A stretch of 63,576 bases of DNA, filler included, from Atractiella rhizophila (Eukaryota): the NCBI GenBank assembly GCA_021432655.1. It is 8 parts of 8 records of this genome, joined end to end, with 100 filler letters (N's around TTAATTAATTAA, not from the genome) between each part and the next. Parts side by side here need not be neighbours in the genome. Positions count along the whole stretch, not along the records: positions 24,021 to 31,872 come from MU272190.1; positions 31,973 to 39,810 come from MU272191.1; 6 more parts are not named here. One strand, written 5' to 3'. Each line of letters opens with the position of its first letter. The stretch's first letter is position 1. The notes under the pieces were generated by a model. The model did not search any database. It had not been told where the DNA came from and saw only the letters and a program-made list of their open reading frames with translations. Positions 27,001-38,634 of the stretch are shown in pieces. Both the position numbers and the translations under genes were made by a program.

Positions 27001-27216
27001 TTCTGGGACTGTACACGGGTATGTCTAATATTTTTATGTCCAGCAAAGGCTGAATGGGACGGTACAGCGGTTTCGACAGCGTTGGTCATTGTTGAATGCT
27101 ACGGTAGACTCAAATATGAGGTCGTTTCTGGTCCTCCCGTTGACACCCACGAGCCTGTTGAATTTGTCGATAATGTCCGCGATGCTGAAGAGGAGGCGAT
27201 TGTCAATCCAACCTAG
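24021..27216 (+). CDS. LtrA-like (low temperature requirement A) polytopic membrane protein, 5'-truncated
   Basis: RPLIVRQWLHN|GKLYRE...FELFWDLLIV, GTDDVVQR, AINIEHAVDRLSAFVIVVLG (cf. LtrA ELFxDL and HxxERxxxFxIIVLG motifs), and many hydrophobic exons. Confidence 0.8.
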
Positions 27217-28156
27217 TCGCAGTCGTCATGATCATTGCTTGTTTTTTCACGTTATCCACAGATAGAATCCATCGTCCTTTTTCCAATTGCATAACCATCC
27301 GATTATTGGCTCTGAGAGGATAAAATGACATGTCTCTACAGTGGCTCAGAGGTTCAGAGTATGGTCCACCACATACGTTCTGACCGTCGGTCATACTGTG
27401 ACGAAAAATTCTCACATCTTGAGGGTATGTAATCGATACGGAGCTGACCTGGCACATAGCTCGCAGTCTGGATGCTACCAAGTCTCCACGCAGGACCTTC
27501 AGTTGCGGTGTCCTCGATAGTATCAAAGGAACAAATTGCTGACACCTACAGCCTCACGTAGTAAAAGCTCAGACAACCTTCAAAACCGAAGTGAGGAACC
27601 CCACGATGCCATATCGATTTCTCGACTGAATTTACCAACGAATGAAAGTGACTGTAGATTTTCGTAGTCAAAGCAGGTTGAGCGTGGCCATCTACCTTGG
27701 CCCTCAACGGTGGAGACTGTGGTCCCTGGCGTGGTCTCTGGACGAATCGGTTCAACAAAGAGCTGTTGAAAACCCCATCCCGAATCATTTGTTCGAAAGG
27801 TGAGAATGAAAAGTGCCGCCTTCATCTTGGTATGAATCCTCACCGTAGCGTATCCACTGCAGAAGATCTGAGTGATGGTCACCCTCCAACCTTGAATGGA
27901 AGAGGTCTCGAAGGTAAAATGGTCAGGAACAATGTATTTGTAAGGCGTCCTTGTCTGAGCTTAAGAGATATCCTGGTATCGTGGATATGAATGACGGTTC
28001 GTGGAACGGACCTGCTCCTTTCGTGGTTTGCGCGAGAAACTGAGGATCGATGGAGGAGATGGTCGGCTGAGTTTGATATTTCTGTGTGTCAAGACGTCGA
28101 TTAGGAGCGCCATGTCCATCTATATATGGGCCAAAATTCGAATATTACGTGCTGAG

Positions 28157-28228
28157 TCTAGTAGACAAGTTGATCACCTATCAGCAATCGATTCTAGTAG
28201 ACAAGTTGATCACCTATCAGCAATCGAT
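28157..28228 (+). repeat. Perfect 36-bp tandem duplication (2 copies, no spacer)
   Basis: TCTAGTAGACAAGTTGATCACCTATCAGCAATCGAT at 28157-28192 and 28193-28228. Confidence 0.97.
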
Positions 28229-28710
28229 TTGCACAACTTAAGATCATTAATCCAAGCGTTACAAGAGGATTCTACGATAAAGGACAGCATGCAGCGCAGT
28301 TTGACTTCACACCATCACTTGCCGCATCCACATTTCGGTAGCTACCGCCTTCAATGGGAGGCATGCCCAGACACTGACACTACTTTTTCGAATTCGACTT
28401 GAGCAGGTTCCGAGTCATTGTGCGCAACATCAAACAAGGGGATCTGTAAACGCCACGTGAAAGTGAAATGCAACCAACGCCAAGTTTCTTTCGCTTAATA
28501 ACTCGTCACAGAAATGCAGCCAAGACGCTCCCTCCAAGCCTTTTTCATGGCCCTTAACTCCCACCCTCCCCTTTTTCCCTTTCTGCCACATCGACTTCGC
28601 CGCGAGAATCGACAATCAGCTGAGCGGGACTACTCACCACACTCTTTTCATTCTTTGCCTCCCAGCTAGTTCACCTCGAACCTCAATAAAACAACCGTAA
28701 AGAAACGAGA

Positions 28711-31419
28711 ATGCTCCCACTTCTCCTCCTCCCATTCCTCGCGTCAGTCAACGCACAATGCGGTGATGCGCTCGACTCCTCTCAAGCCCTCGCACACGCA
28801 ACGTCCATCGCTGACCTCTTTCCCGTCCCTCGTACGTCTCTTTCTCTCCCTTCAAAACCCCAAATGACCAATTGGGTTGAAGTGACAACCGCAAAAATCG
28901 TATCCGGCGACTCGGAGGCACAGAAAATCTATGATGCTATCCTCGCCAATGGGACCTACAAGAGCGCGCTCGCCATCGCTCCAAAGACAGAGACAATGGA
29001 GTATCCAGCTACTGATCCTGGTGCGTTTCTCGTTCGGCATCGTTTTGTTTGACAGAACTTCATATCCTTTTTGCTGCCATTTGACATGCGACTGTTGTGA
29101 CGAGTGCAACTTTAACATCTTATTCTGAACCCAGAGTTGGTTGTGCGCGACAATTCACCCGTTGTTGGACGGAATGAAAGGATGCTACAGTTTTTGGCTT
29201 CCTTGCTGTCCTGTTGGATGACAGGTCATGTTGCGTATGCAGTAGAGGGACGGGGGCATTGCATGTCTTCGTAAGGACAGTCGAAAAGTCTCGTTGCGAT
29301 GGGCAAGAAAAGGAGAAAATGAAGGATAATCATAAAATTCCTACGTCCGAGTTTCCTTGTGCTGCATACCGACAGCACTGGACGCCTTTGTACTCTCCAA
29401 AATTCGCAGTAACGGCTGCGACGATAAATGCGCGTCTTTGGCTTGTCCCAATAGGTATTATCATCTGTAGCGGTGACAAAGCGGAATATTCCATTTCTTT
29501 CTTCATTATGTATAAGGGACCAAAGGAGGCATTGCTTTTTGGTCAGGCTGCCCCTTGTTATTCTCGAAAGGAGAGGTCTTCGGGACAGAAAGTGTATCCA
29601 GCAGACATTGAAGAAACGACAGAACGAGTGTGGAGCATACCTACAATGAAGCCAAACCTTGCTTTGTTCTTACGTTCACGCTTTTATCGCTTTTGAGTTG
29701 GGCAAGAATATGAAAAGAATCTTACTTCCCTGTAAAATGACTTTCTTCTTTTGAATCGAATAACTACAGCTCTTGGGTCAAAGGGATGACTCGGTGGGCA
29801 AAGATGATGCTGGGCTTTGCCTCTAACTGAATGTTTTGTATGCGAATCTCTCAGAATGTGACGATTAAGAACTACTGGTATTCGTCATGAGCAGATTGGG
29901 AATGAAAGGAAGAAAAAAGAAACTGGTTGAGAATCCGAAAATCAACTATTGCGTACAGAAGGATTTGGCAATAGTGGCATAATTGACGCTCTTTCTCGAA
30001 AGCGGATCCAGTTCAGGTCACTAATTTCAGGGTGAACAGATTGTTGGTGGTCTCGCGGAGGCTGTGTTACTCCAAAACAGTCTTACCTCAGTCCAGACCA
30101 CCATCACTGCACACAGAAAGGGACCTGGGGTCTGACGTTCGATGACGGGTGCGGTTCTCGTTCGGCTTCATAGACGAGAACGCTGACAGCAGTGTAGACC
30201 AACCTGTGCTTCGGCCACCCTGTATGGGATCCTAGAGAAAGAGAAGTTGAAGGCTTCTCTTTATTTCATCGGCGGCAATGTCCTTCAGTTCCCTGGACAA
30301 GCGCAAGCTGCAGTCGAGGCCGGCCACGAGATCTGTGGACACACTTGGTGCGTTCATTTTCTCGCGCGAGCACATCCTCACGGAATCCGAACTGGTCTTC
30401 TAATTTCAGGAGCCATCAAATGACCACCACCTTGTCGAACGAGGAGGTCTTTGCTGAGATGTATTATACCACTAAGGCTATTAAGGTATGTTATTTTCTA
30501 GCCCATAAGCTAAATCTCAATAGTGCATATAGGCTATCACTGGCATCCAAACCAAATGTTTCCGCCCATCCTACGGAGACGTCGACGACCGTGTTCGTAC
30601 CATCGGCCATGGTTCGTCGCCTTTGATTATTTTATTTCCTGCCAGGGCGGAAAAGCTGATCAATCGTAGCTCTTGGTCTCAGAATCGATCTTTGGTTTGC
30701 ATTTTCCTTCTTGCTCTGCTTCGATGCTCATGGCGAGTTGTAGGAGTGATGATACCTTCGATTGGGAGTTGACCATTAAAGGAAAGAAGGTCATTGACGC
30801 CAATTACGCCGCTATTTTCGCCAAGGCATCCGCCGCTGAGGGAGTAACAGTCTTGACTCACGAAACGAGCAATGTCACTGTCGGACAGGCGTGACAGTAG
30901 TCTTATTTTGGAAAGATGTGGAGTTAATATCTTCCGCACAAATAGTTCCAGAACCGTTTCCCTCTTGCGAAGAAGGCCTTTAACGTTTTTGCCCCCGTTG
31001 GAACTTGCTTAGGTCTGGACACTCTCTCTGGTAACGCGAATGGGAACTGATATTGATGCGCTTCTCTCTGTGTAGGCATCCAGCAATACTACGTTCAGGA
31101 CAACCTCACCTTTCCCACGTATGAGCAATATGTGTCTGGCTCAATTGAGCCATCGACCCAATGGCGTTCTTTCCTCTCTGAAGGAACGCTCGACATACCC
31201 CTCCAAGCGGTATCGGATGCGACAGAAACTAAGAGCAGCGCGAGCGCGACGGCAACCACTGAGGGAAGCAAGGAAACGAGCAAGAGTGAAAGTGGTAATG
31301 GAGGACAAAGTTCCGCTGCTAGCCAGACTGAGCAAGGAACGGACAATTCCGCCGCTTCCCGATTAGGAGTCGTGGGTTTGTCTGCCGTGGTGATGCTGCT
31401 CGGAGCATTATGGAATTGA
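28711..31419 (+). CDS. Secreted, probably GPI-anchored chitin deacetylase (CE4/NodB; MP98/Cda-like)
   Basis: Signal peptide MLPLLLLPFLASVNA, then YPATDP|DCWWSRGGC. CE4 motifs TFDDG|P, GHTW|SH, FRPSYGD, DTFDW and LTHE. Ser/Thr-rich stalk and hydrophobic C-terminus. First intron 29021-30039. Confidence 0.9.
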
Positions 31420-31677
31420 ATGGAAGAAGCGAAGAAGAATGGACATATCAGCGTTCTTTTGAACTCACTGCATACGTATATACATACCAGACCCCAATTT
31501 TAGAATTTCTCCGGATATGCTAAGAGTTCGATGTCCCCACATCGAGACCCATTGTATCGCCTTGACGGTCATTTTCTTGGATAGTAATTGGAAATCTTAT
31601 GGACTTGTAGCCCTTTCTTCAGTTAAGAACATATCAGCTTCCCTTTCATGTCAGGTTGGTACATTCTTCCAGTGGAC

Positions 31678-31872
31678 TCATTGTTCAAGTTGGTACTGAG
31701 CATCGGAGTCTCTAAATCCCCCCTGTATCTCCAATTCGATACACCAATTTCTCTCCCGACACCTTGCCTTCCTCTAACAACTTCAATCCCGCATCGACTC
31801 CATCCAGGCCACCTTGAATGACCCTAACCCTGTTAGGCTTGATCTTGTTCTTCCCCTCCCTCGAAAGCCATG
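31678..31872 (-). CDS. C-terminus of an MDR/GroES-like enoyl-reductase-type oxidoreductase (5'-truncated; not in ORF track)
   Basis: Manual translation: KIKPNRVRVIQGGLDGVDAGLKLLEEGKVSGEKLVYRIGDT...EQ*. Confidence 0.75.
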
Positions 31873-33666
31873 NNNNNNNNNNNNNNNNNNNNNNNNNNNN
31901 NNNNNNNNNNNNNNNNTTAATTAATTAANNNNNNNNNNNNNNNNNNNNNNNNNNNNNNNNNNNNNNNNNNNNCGAGTTACATAGCCCCTCGGTACTGTCC
32001 CCATACCAGGGATTGCATGAATCCCTCAGACCAATGTGTGAATCACCGCTCCAGCTCTCCAGCTGCTTCATAATTCGCTTTGCCGTCCATTCATTACGAG
32101 CAATTTTCGAAGCCCCACATGATGAACACGAACCCAACCTTCTCTCCTTCAATGGATGCATTTCCCGGTTGTGTAGGTAGGAATGTGTGCTGTTGCTGTT
32201 CAGTCTTTCTCCTAATTGCTGACTAGATTAGATGCTCCATTTCTTCCTCATCATCGCCGTTAATTGTCCTTTGTGCCTATCGGGTGCTGGGTGAAGTTGC
32301 GACCGAAACCGAAGGAAGCTTTCAGTCCGCCGCCTTTTCCTTCCGAGCTCGCTCACTCAGCTCAACAACACAACAGCTTCCTTGAGGCATTTATGGCGAT
32401 CGTCATCGCGTCAACGGTTTGAAGAAGCGTGGAGGGATCTGTCGTCCGAAAGCGAAAGAAAGCTGCGAGGCGAAAGGGAGCAGGCGGATCTGGTCTACCC
32501 AACCGAATCCATCGTCCAATTTCGTGCCTGGCCAGGTGAGGCGAACATGCGATCCTGTGGATCGTTGTCGTGATCGTGCTCCCATCCTTGTTTATCTCTT
32601 TCAAATGCATTACCGACCACCCGTTCATTCGCCTCTCCAGCCTCGGCACCATGCTCCTTCCTTTCTTTCTTTTCTCAGCGAGTCTCATTCCTGGAAAGGT
32701 GGACGTGGGTGGACATTCCGTGGGGGCTTTATTCTCTCTTTCTTCCTGTTGGGGATATGGTAGGTTTGAGCAATCCGGAGGCTTGGGCGGATCGATGGAT
32801 CTGGAGAGATAAGCAATGGTTCTCTATCTGGAATCGCACGTGTGGAGCTTCGGGTAAATGAGGAGAATTCCCACCATTCCATTGCATTCTGTGGACGAGT
32901 CTTTGCAAGATTTTGTGCAGGATTTCTTGGTTTTGGAGTGATTTTTATCGTCATTGTTTTAATAAGAGAGATGCAATGCCAGTTGAGAGGAGAATACAAA
33001 GGCGAATAAACGGAGTTATGCGGCGGTAAGCCGGATGGAGATAAGATGTGGATTTTGAACGTGCCGATATTTAGGGTTTATGAGAAGGGTCGGCGATTAC
33101 GGCATGGACGAAATGTGCTCACACATGCAGTCGTTATAACCCTGTAACCCTCTCGCGCCATCGTCTCCCTCTCCAGCACCGCGAACCAGCATCCCTGCTA
33201 GCGACCTCAGCCAACAGCCAGCCTACTCAAGAATCCAGCAAGGACAAGGATTCACCTAATTCGTGCTCTCATTGTTACACCACAACAAGTGATCGAGGAT
33301 CGTCTGTCGTACTAGTAAGTCGCTCCTTCTTGGGTCTTTCCGTTAGCGGGGCCTTGGGATTGGGCACATCCCTTAAAAGCGCGTCTCCTACTTTCTTCCC
33401 AAGAGTTGCCTATCTGCATCTTCCGAATTGGCTGGTTGCCAAGTACCCCACCAGTCCCAATATAAAGCGGACTTCATTACACTCTTTCTCCCCACATTTC
33501 CCCATTGTACCCCTTTCGCGTATCATATTTGCACTCCTCAGAGCAATGGAGACAGTCAGGTCTTTGCGGTGAGCTGGAGATTTCATGGAATTGTGCTCCC
33601 TTCAAACTCGGCGACAGGTGGCTGGGATCAACCATCTACCCAGCCTCGGGCTTTGCCTTCCACCTG

Positions 33667-34701
33667 TCTGATCCATACCTCGCTCCTGAGGTGTTAGCCG
33701 AGAAAGAATACGATCCTCGTCTCTCGGACGTCTGGAGCGTCGCCATCATTTTCATGTGCATGATTTTGAGGAGGTTCCCTTGGAAGCTGCCGGATACGAA
33801 GACGGATGCGAGTTATAGACTTTACGTTCAGTCCCATCCGGAATTGTGCACCAAACCTCCGACTACTCCTACTGGTACGGAGACCTTGGAGGTTATGAAG
33901 GCACCTGTTCGTCAAGGAAGTAAAGGCTCAGAAGGAGATTCCATCATTTCCAATTCCTCCTCTAGAACGGATCTCTCTAGGGTATCCGAATTTGCAACGA
34001 AAGAGGCAGCCGGTCATATCGATTCAGGCTATGAGTCGTCTGCCGGGAGCACAATTGGTGATGCTAGCAAGAATCTTCACGCCTTGGAGAGAACGGAGAG
34101 TCCTGGACACATTGTCATCGATCATTCGACGTTGTCGGAGTCGATCACCAACCAGACTACCGATACCAGCGTGAGCAAGACTTCGAGCGGTAGTGAGACC
34201 AAGTCGACCAAAGAAAGTCCAAGCACCCCGAAAATTGATCTCAAGGACCCACCACCCACGTCCCACCAGAACAGCTCTGGGACGTTGAAGAATCAAGCGG
34301 TGTCACCTTCCGCCACGCCGAATTCTCCCTCGAAATCTCCCAAATCAAACAATCCGTCGGCTCTATCCGTACCTGCTAGTCTCCGTACCGATCGAGGGAG
34401 CGTCTCATCTCAGGCCACTTGGAAGGTTGGCTCATCAGACTCCATTTTTCGTCTCTTACCTCGCGAAACTCGAGAGTGTTTGAGCAGGATGTTGACTGTC
34501 GAAGTCAGCATGCGAGCTACCCTTTCGGACCTGCTCCGTGGTGGAGAAGGGGAAGATGTAGACCCAAGTCGGAAAGACGACTGGTTGAGCGGCCTGAGAA
34601 TGTGTGTTGGAGACAAGGGCAGTCAAGTCCAAATTGGCGATGCAGATTGGCACGATCACGTTAAATTTTCTGCTGAGCCTCCTAAAAAGGGGAAGAACTA
34701 G
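33667..34701 (+). CDS. C-lobe and Ser/Pro-rich insert of an NPR/HAL (Ptk2/Hrk1-like) Ser/Thr kinase; N-lobe not found (fragment or pseudogene)
   Basis: [10 protein letters not shown]...[26 protein letters not shown]...DASY and [18 protein letters not shown]...RATL. No HRD, DFG or Gly-loop upstream in this scaffold. Confidence 0.75.
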   Translation, partial: SDPYLAPEVLAEKEYDPRLSDVWSVAIIFMCMILRRFPWKLPDTKTDASYRLYVQSHPELCTKPPTTPTGTETLEVMKAPVRQGSKGSEGDSIISNSSSRTDLSRVSEFATKEAAGHIDSGYESSAGSTIGDASKNLHALERTESPGHIVIDHSTLSESITNQTTDTSVSKTSSGSETKSTKESPSTPKIDLKDPPPTSHQNSSGTLKNQAVSPSATPNSPSKSPKSNNPSALSVPASLRTDRGSVSSQATWKVGSSDSIFRLLPRETRECLSRMLTVEVSMRATLSDLLRGGEGEDVDPSRKDDWLSGLRMCVGDKGSQVQIGDADWHDHVKFSAEPPKKGKN

Positions 34702-35279
34702 AGTAACATGGTGGTCGCCGACGCACTTTTCTTACAATCAATTCATTGTCCACTTTCTTCGACCCGCTCCCTCCATTTTCGACCACCATCTACAAGTTGT
34801 TTATTATCCCAAATTCTTCAACAGAATATGTCACAAAGTACATTTGCCCATACCTTGTATAGAAGAAATTGGTTGTTCCTTTTCTGCCTCGACTTGTAGT
34901 TTCTATACTTCTGCTTCAGTTTCGTCTGGTTTCGTCGCATCTTTTATCGTCGAACGCTTTCAGTTGTGAGATAAACTTAATAGGGTATGCTTCTCCACTG
35001 TGTTTACAAAGCATCAAACCCTTTTCATTGTTCTTTATTCCCATTCGAGCTCTCGCTCTAACCATACCTTCACCTTTGGAACTTTCAACATTTCTTTCAA
35101 CTTTCAACTTTCACCTCGTGTCTTTCTCTCCCCTTCACTCACTGGGACCCATGACCACAAAATTGTGTGTATAATCACAGCCGGAGTAATAGATATTTAA
35201 CAACAGCTATTTACGCAGTATTGACGTCCCCTAATACAAGAAAGAAAGACTAAATGTGGATTTGAACGAATAGAACGTG

Positions 35280-37791
35280 TCAGCACCTTTCAGATCTCAG
35301 TCCTCTTCGTGAGCCTCTTTGCAGGCGACTCTCAAGGTGGTCAGGTGGCTGCCTGGTTGTCGTAAGCGTTCTTCGCGGAGATGAAGAGCTGGATAGAAGG
35401 GACAGTCGTTCAGGTTGTGGAGAGGCAAGTGTAGTAGCACGATGAAGCTTCGTTATGTCCTTGGACGCCGGAGGATTGAATGCGGAGAGGGGTCTCTTCG
35501 GAGCTGGCGTTGGCGAGTCGTGGTAGAACGTACGAGAGGAAGGAGCAGGAGATGGTGACTGCCCCTGTTTAATCTTTTCTTCGAAAGCCTTGATCCTCTC
35601 GCTCAAACCTGGACTGGTAGGCGACCTGACTTTCACCTTTCGCTGCCTCGAGAGCTTGGACGGAGACGGTGTTTCTGCTTTGTTCCCTGGCTGCTTCGAC
35701 ATTACTGACACAACTGCGTCTTCGTCTTCTAAAATCATTTCCTCGCTTCCGGTCACCAGCGTTGCCCTAGATGGCGTCTTAAACAAAACTGACGAAGAGG
35801 TGATGCTGGGAGTCTTGACGTTAGTCACTGAAGATACGGTAGAGTATATAGCAGGTGGAGGGGAAGGTTTGGCCCTTTTGGCCGGCGAGTCAAATATCGG
35901 ATCCAGTGGTGATTTCGGTGGCGAATATCTCCCACGACGCATTATCTTTGTCTTCTTAGGCAATGCGGTGTACGTATCCTTCTGCACCTCCTCCTTTTCT
36001 CCATCGCGCTCAAAGATGAGATCCGCAATACCCGTTAAACTGAGCATTTCGCGTCCGAGGTCCAACTCGTTAGAGTCCAAATAGTCAGAGATCCCCTTCG
36101 CCCCTTGTTTGGTCGGCGATTCCTCGAAGAAAAGGTCAGGTTGGAGTTCTGGGCTGAGAAGCGTGGCAGGAGGGCTCTGAATAATCGCATGATCATCTCC
36201 TTTCTTCGAAAACTTTGAATCAGGGCCTAAGAGAGTTACTTTCGCCGCTGGAATGTTGAACGGCCTCTTCGGGGATTCATTGAGGTGAAAAAGAATAGAA
36301 GGGAGGGTATCAGGCATTCCTTCGAGTACGGATGCACCAGCCGACGTGGTAGTTTTCACCTCGTTAGATTGAGCTTCCGGGATGAGCCATTCCTCGTCTC
36401 CCTCTTTCTCCAATCCAAGACGTCCCTTCCAAGTTGCTCCCCAATCCTTTAGCTTCTTCCCGACATTTACACCCCTCTGAGACGCAAAACCTGCTAGATC
36501 ACGAACCCTCGCTCCGAAATCTAAGCTTTCTCTCCCTCCGACTTCTCTCTCACGATGGCGGTCTTTAATCTCCCTCATCTTTTTCTGGGAAACGATTGGT
36601 TGATATCCTGTTCTAGCGGCAGAGAGAATGTGATCGAGATAGGTGTCCAGGTGCTCTTCTGCTGGATCGAGAACGGGCTTCGACGATGCGGTTTGGGTTT
36701 GGGAATGAGACTGGAGAGACGCGTCAGGAGATTTGCTGCTCGATTTCCTCAACAGGGAATCATGAGACCTCGATGATCCGGAACCATGAAACGCCTTCTT
36801 CACCCGCACCTTCTTAGACGACGCTATTCGCTCTAGATCCTTCTCAAGACAATCATCTCTCTCCGTAGGGTCCCCAATACTCTTCTGCCCATTCTTCTTC
36901 CCAATCCTCTTCCAACCCTCTCTACTGATCTTCCCCCATCCCCAACCCCTATGCTCATCATCACTGTCAACGTATCCCTCACCAAAGCCTTCCATTTGCA
37001 CCTGCTCCCCTCCAAAACCCGTCAACACCGGCGTGTCTCCACCCTTCCAACCTCTCAGGAAGACCCATCCCTTCTCATTCGTATCCACACCATCCTTGTC
37101 CTCCGACTCCGTACCATCAACCACATTGACCTCAGTCACGCTATCTACTTCCCACCTCTCGCCCGAATGTTCACGCGTTCTTATGAGCATTTCATGTCGG
37201 GTTGATTTCCAGGTAAGATAGTGCCATTTCCAGGAAAACTTCCAACGGCGATAGAGGGCGAGGAGAAGTGCGAGGAGGAAGAAGGTCGGTAGGATGACGT
37301 AGAGAGGTATGAGCAGGTTCTTGAACTCTGGATCATGGCTTGTCTTCGCTGTCTCCTCCGGGACGGGGAGGGAATCCGTCACTGAGACTGCGATCGTCGC
37401 TTCCGTAGTGGTAGGAATTTGGGAGACAAGAGGAGCGGTTGGTGTATCGTCTGTGGTGGGGATGGAGTCCAGTGGATCGTCTGGGTCGGCAGTTGGAGTG
37501 GCTATTGGAATAGGAGAGAGTGTAGGAGTTGGTGCAGCAGACGGGAGGCTCGGCGTGTTGGTGTTCGCAGCTTGAGACAGGCCAGAATAGATGGAGTAAA
37601 TCGTGAACCCGAACGAGTCGTATTGGCGTTTTTTCGCCACTCCTGTCCAGTCATGAAGTAGTCAGCGTTGGGTTGCTTAGAAATTGATCATTCTTTTGTC
37701 GAAGAACAGTCTTGATCCAATGGTTTCTCAGATGCTTGCTCGACAAAATTGTTACAAATGAGACAAGGACGAGGAAGGGCCACAAGTTCAT
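35280..37791 (-). CDS. Hypothetical type I single-pass membrane protein (~800 aa)
   Basis: 2.36-kb open exon with a Thr/Pro-rich region, a TM segment LLIPLYVILPTFFLLALLLALY followed by RRWK, and a long SP-rich tail. An inferred first exon MNLWPFLVLVSFVTILS (ATG 37791) joins in frame if a GC-AG intron is used. Confidence 0.7.
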
Positions 37792-38634
37792 CAGGACGCA
37801 AGTAGAAAAGTGAGTGAGCGTGACTTGGCGGAGTATGAAACAAAACTCTCATCAAAAAAAAAACGTGTTGCTGTCTGAGAAGCTGAAAAATGTTGTTTCC
37901 ACAATGAACAGAAGCGAGGCTTGATTGACGACGAACACAAGCTCATTCAGCCAGCATGGAGCAATTAGACAACGACAATTAAACATTAATGAGGGATGCC
38001 TCCTCTCTGGCAAGTCAATCGTTCAGATATACAATCGCAAAGCCAAAGTCTCTGAGTTGATGAACATAAAGAGAGTGAGCGCACATTTCTTGTGCATTTC
38101 GTTCTCCGTTCAGAGGATGACTTTTGGATATGGCAAAGAGAATACAACAGAAGAACGACGTACTCTCGAGTGCCATTACAAAGCAGCAATATCACACCCG
38201 TCCTTCACACCAACTGCTCGCAATCGCAACTGAAAGTATCCAAACGAGTGTGCGAGTTAGAGAGTGTTAGACGTCGTCGTTTCTTCCGTTTCAGTGAGAG
38301 ACATCTTCTGAGCTTCGAGCACATCTTCCTTCCCGCTCTGTGATGGTATGGGAAAAGCGGGAAAGGGGCTATCAAACAAGAATCCTGTGGTTTGGTTGGT
38401 GGCTGAGTTGCTCCGATTTAGGTTCGGGTTGATAATCCGAATCCCAAAGCGCAGAAAGATTAGGTTTGTTCATATTCGACCTGCTTGCATCACTTGTCTA
38501 TCCAGTTTCAAGTGTTTAAGTCTACCTGAGCCTCGAGGCAGCTCGACACTCAAGCCACGAGAGCGCACAAACCTCACCTCATTTTCTGGGCGGAAAGGGA
38601 GGTCTTTAGATACCTCACGGTCGACGGAAGCAAG

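Noticed and set aside
28157..28228. 36-bp repeat as a CRISPR array
   Set aside because: Only two abutting copies, no spacer, no cas genes, and a eukaryotic context.
29214..29696. 160-aa ORF nested in the chitin deacetylase intron
   Set aside because: TTG start, no recognisable domain, and it overlaps the hairpin-rich region; probably a chance ORF.
29021..30039. Group II intron (starts GTGCG) or telomerase RNA
   Set aside because: GTGCG donors are common in the short introns here, it ends in CAG with a branch-like site, and I found no domain V and no CCCTAA template.
31821..31831. ACCCTAACCCT telomere-like motif near a scaffold end
   Set aside because: Less than two units, and it lies inside the coding frame (NRVRV) of the minus-strand oxidoreductase.
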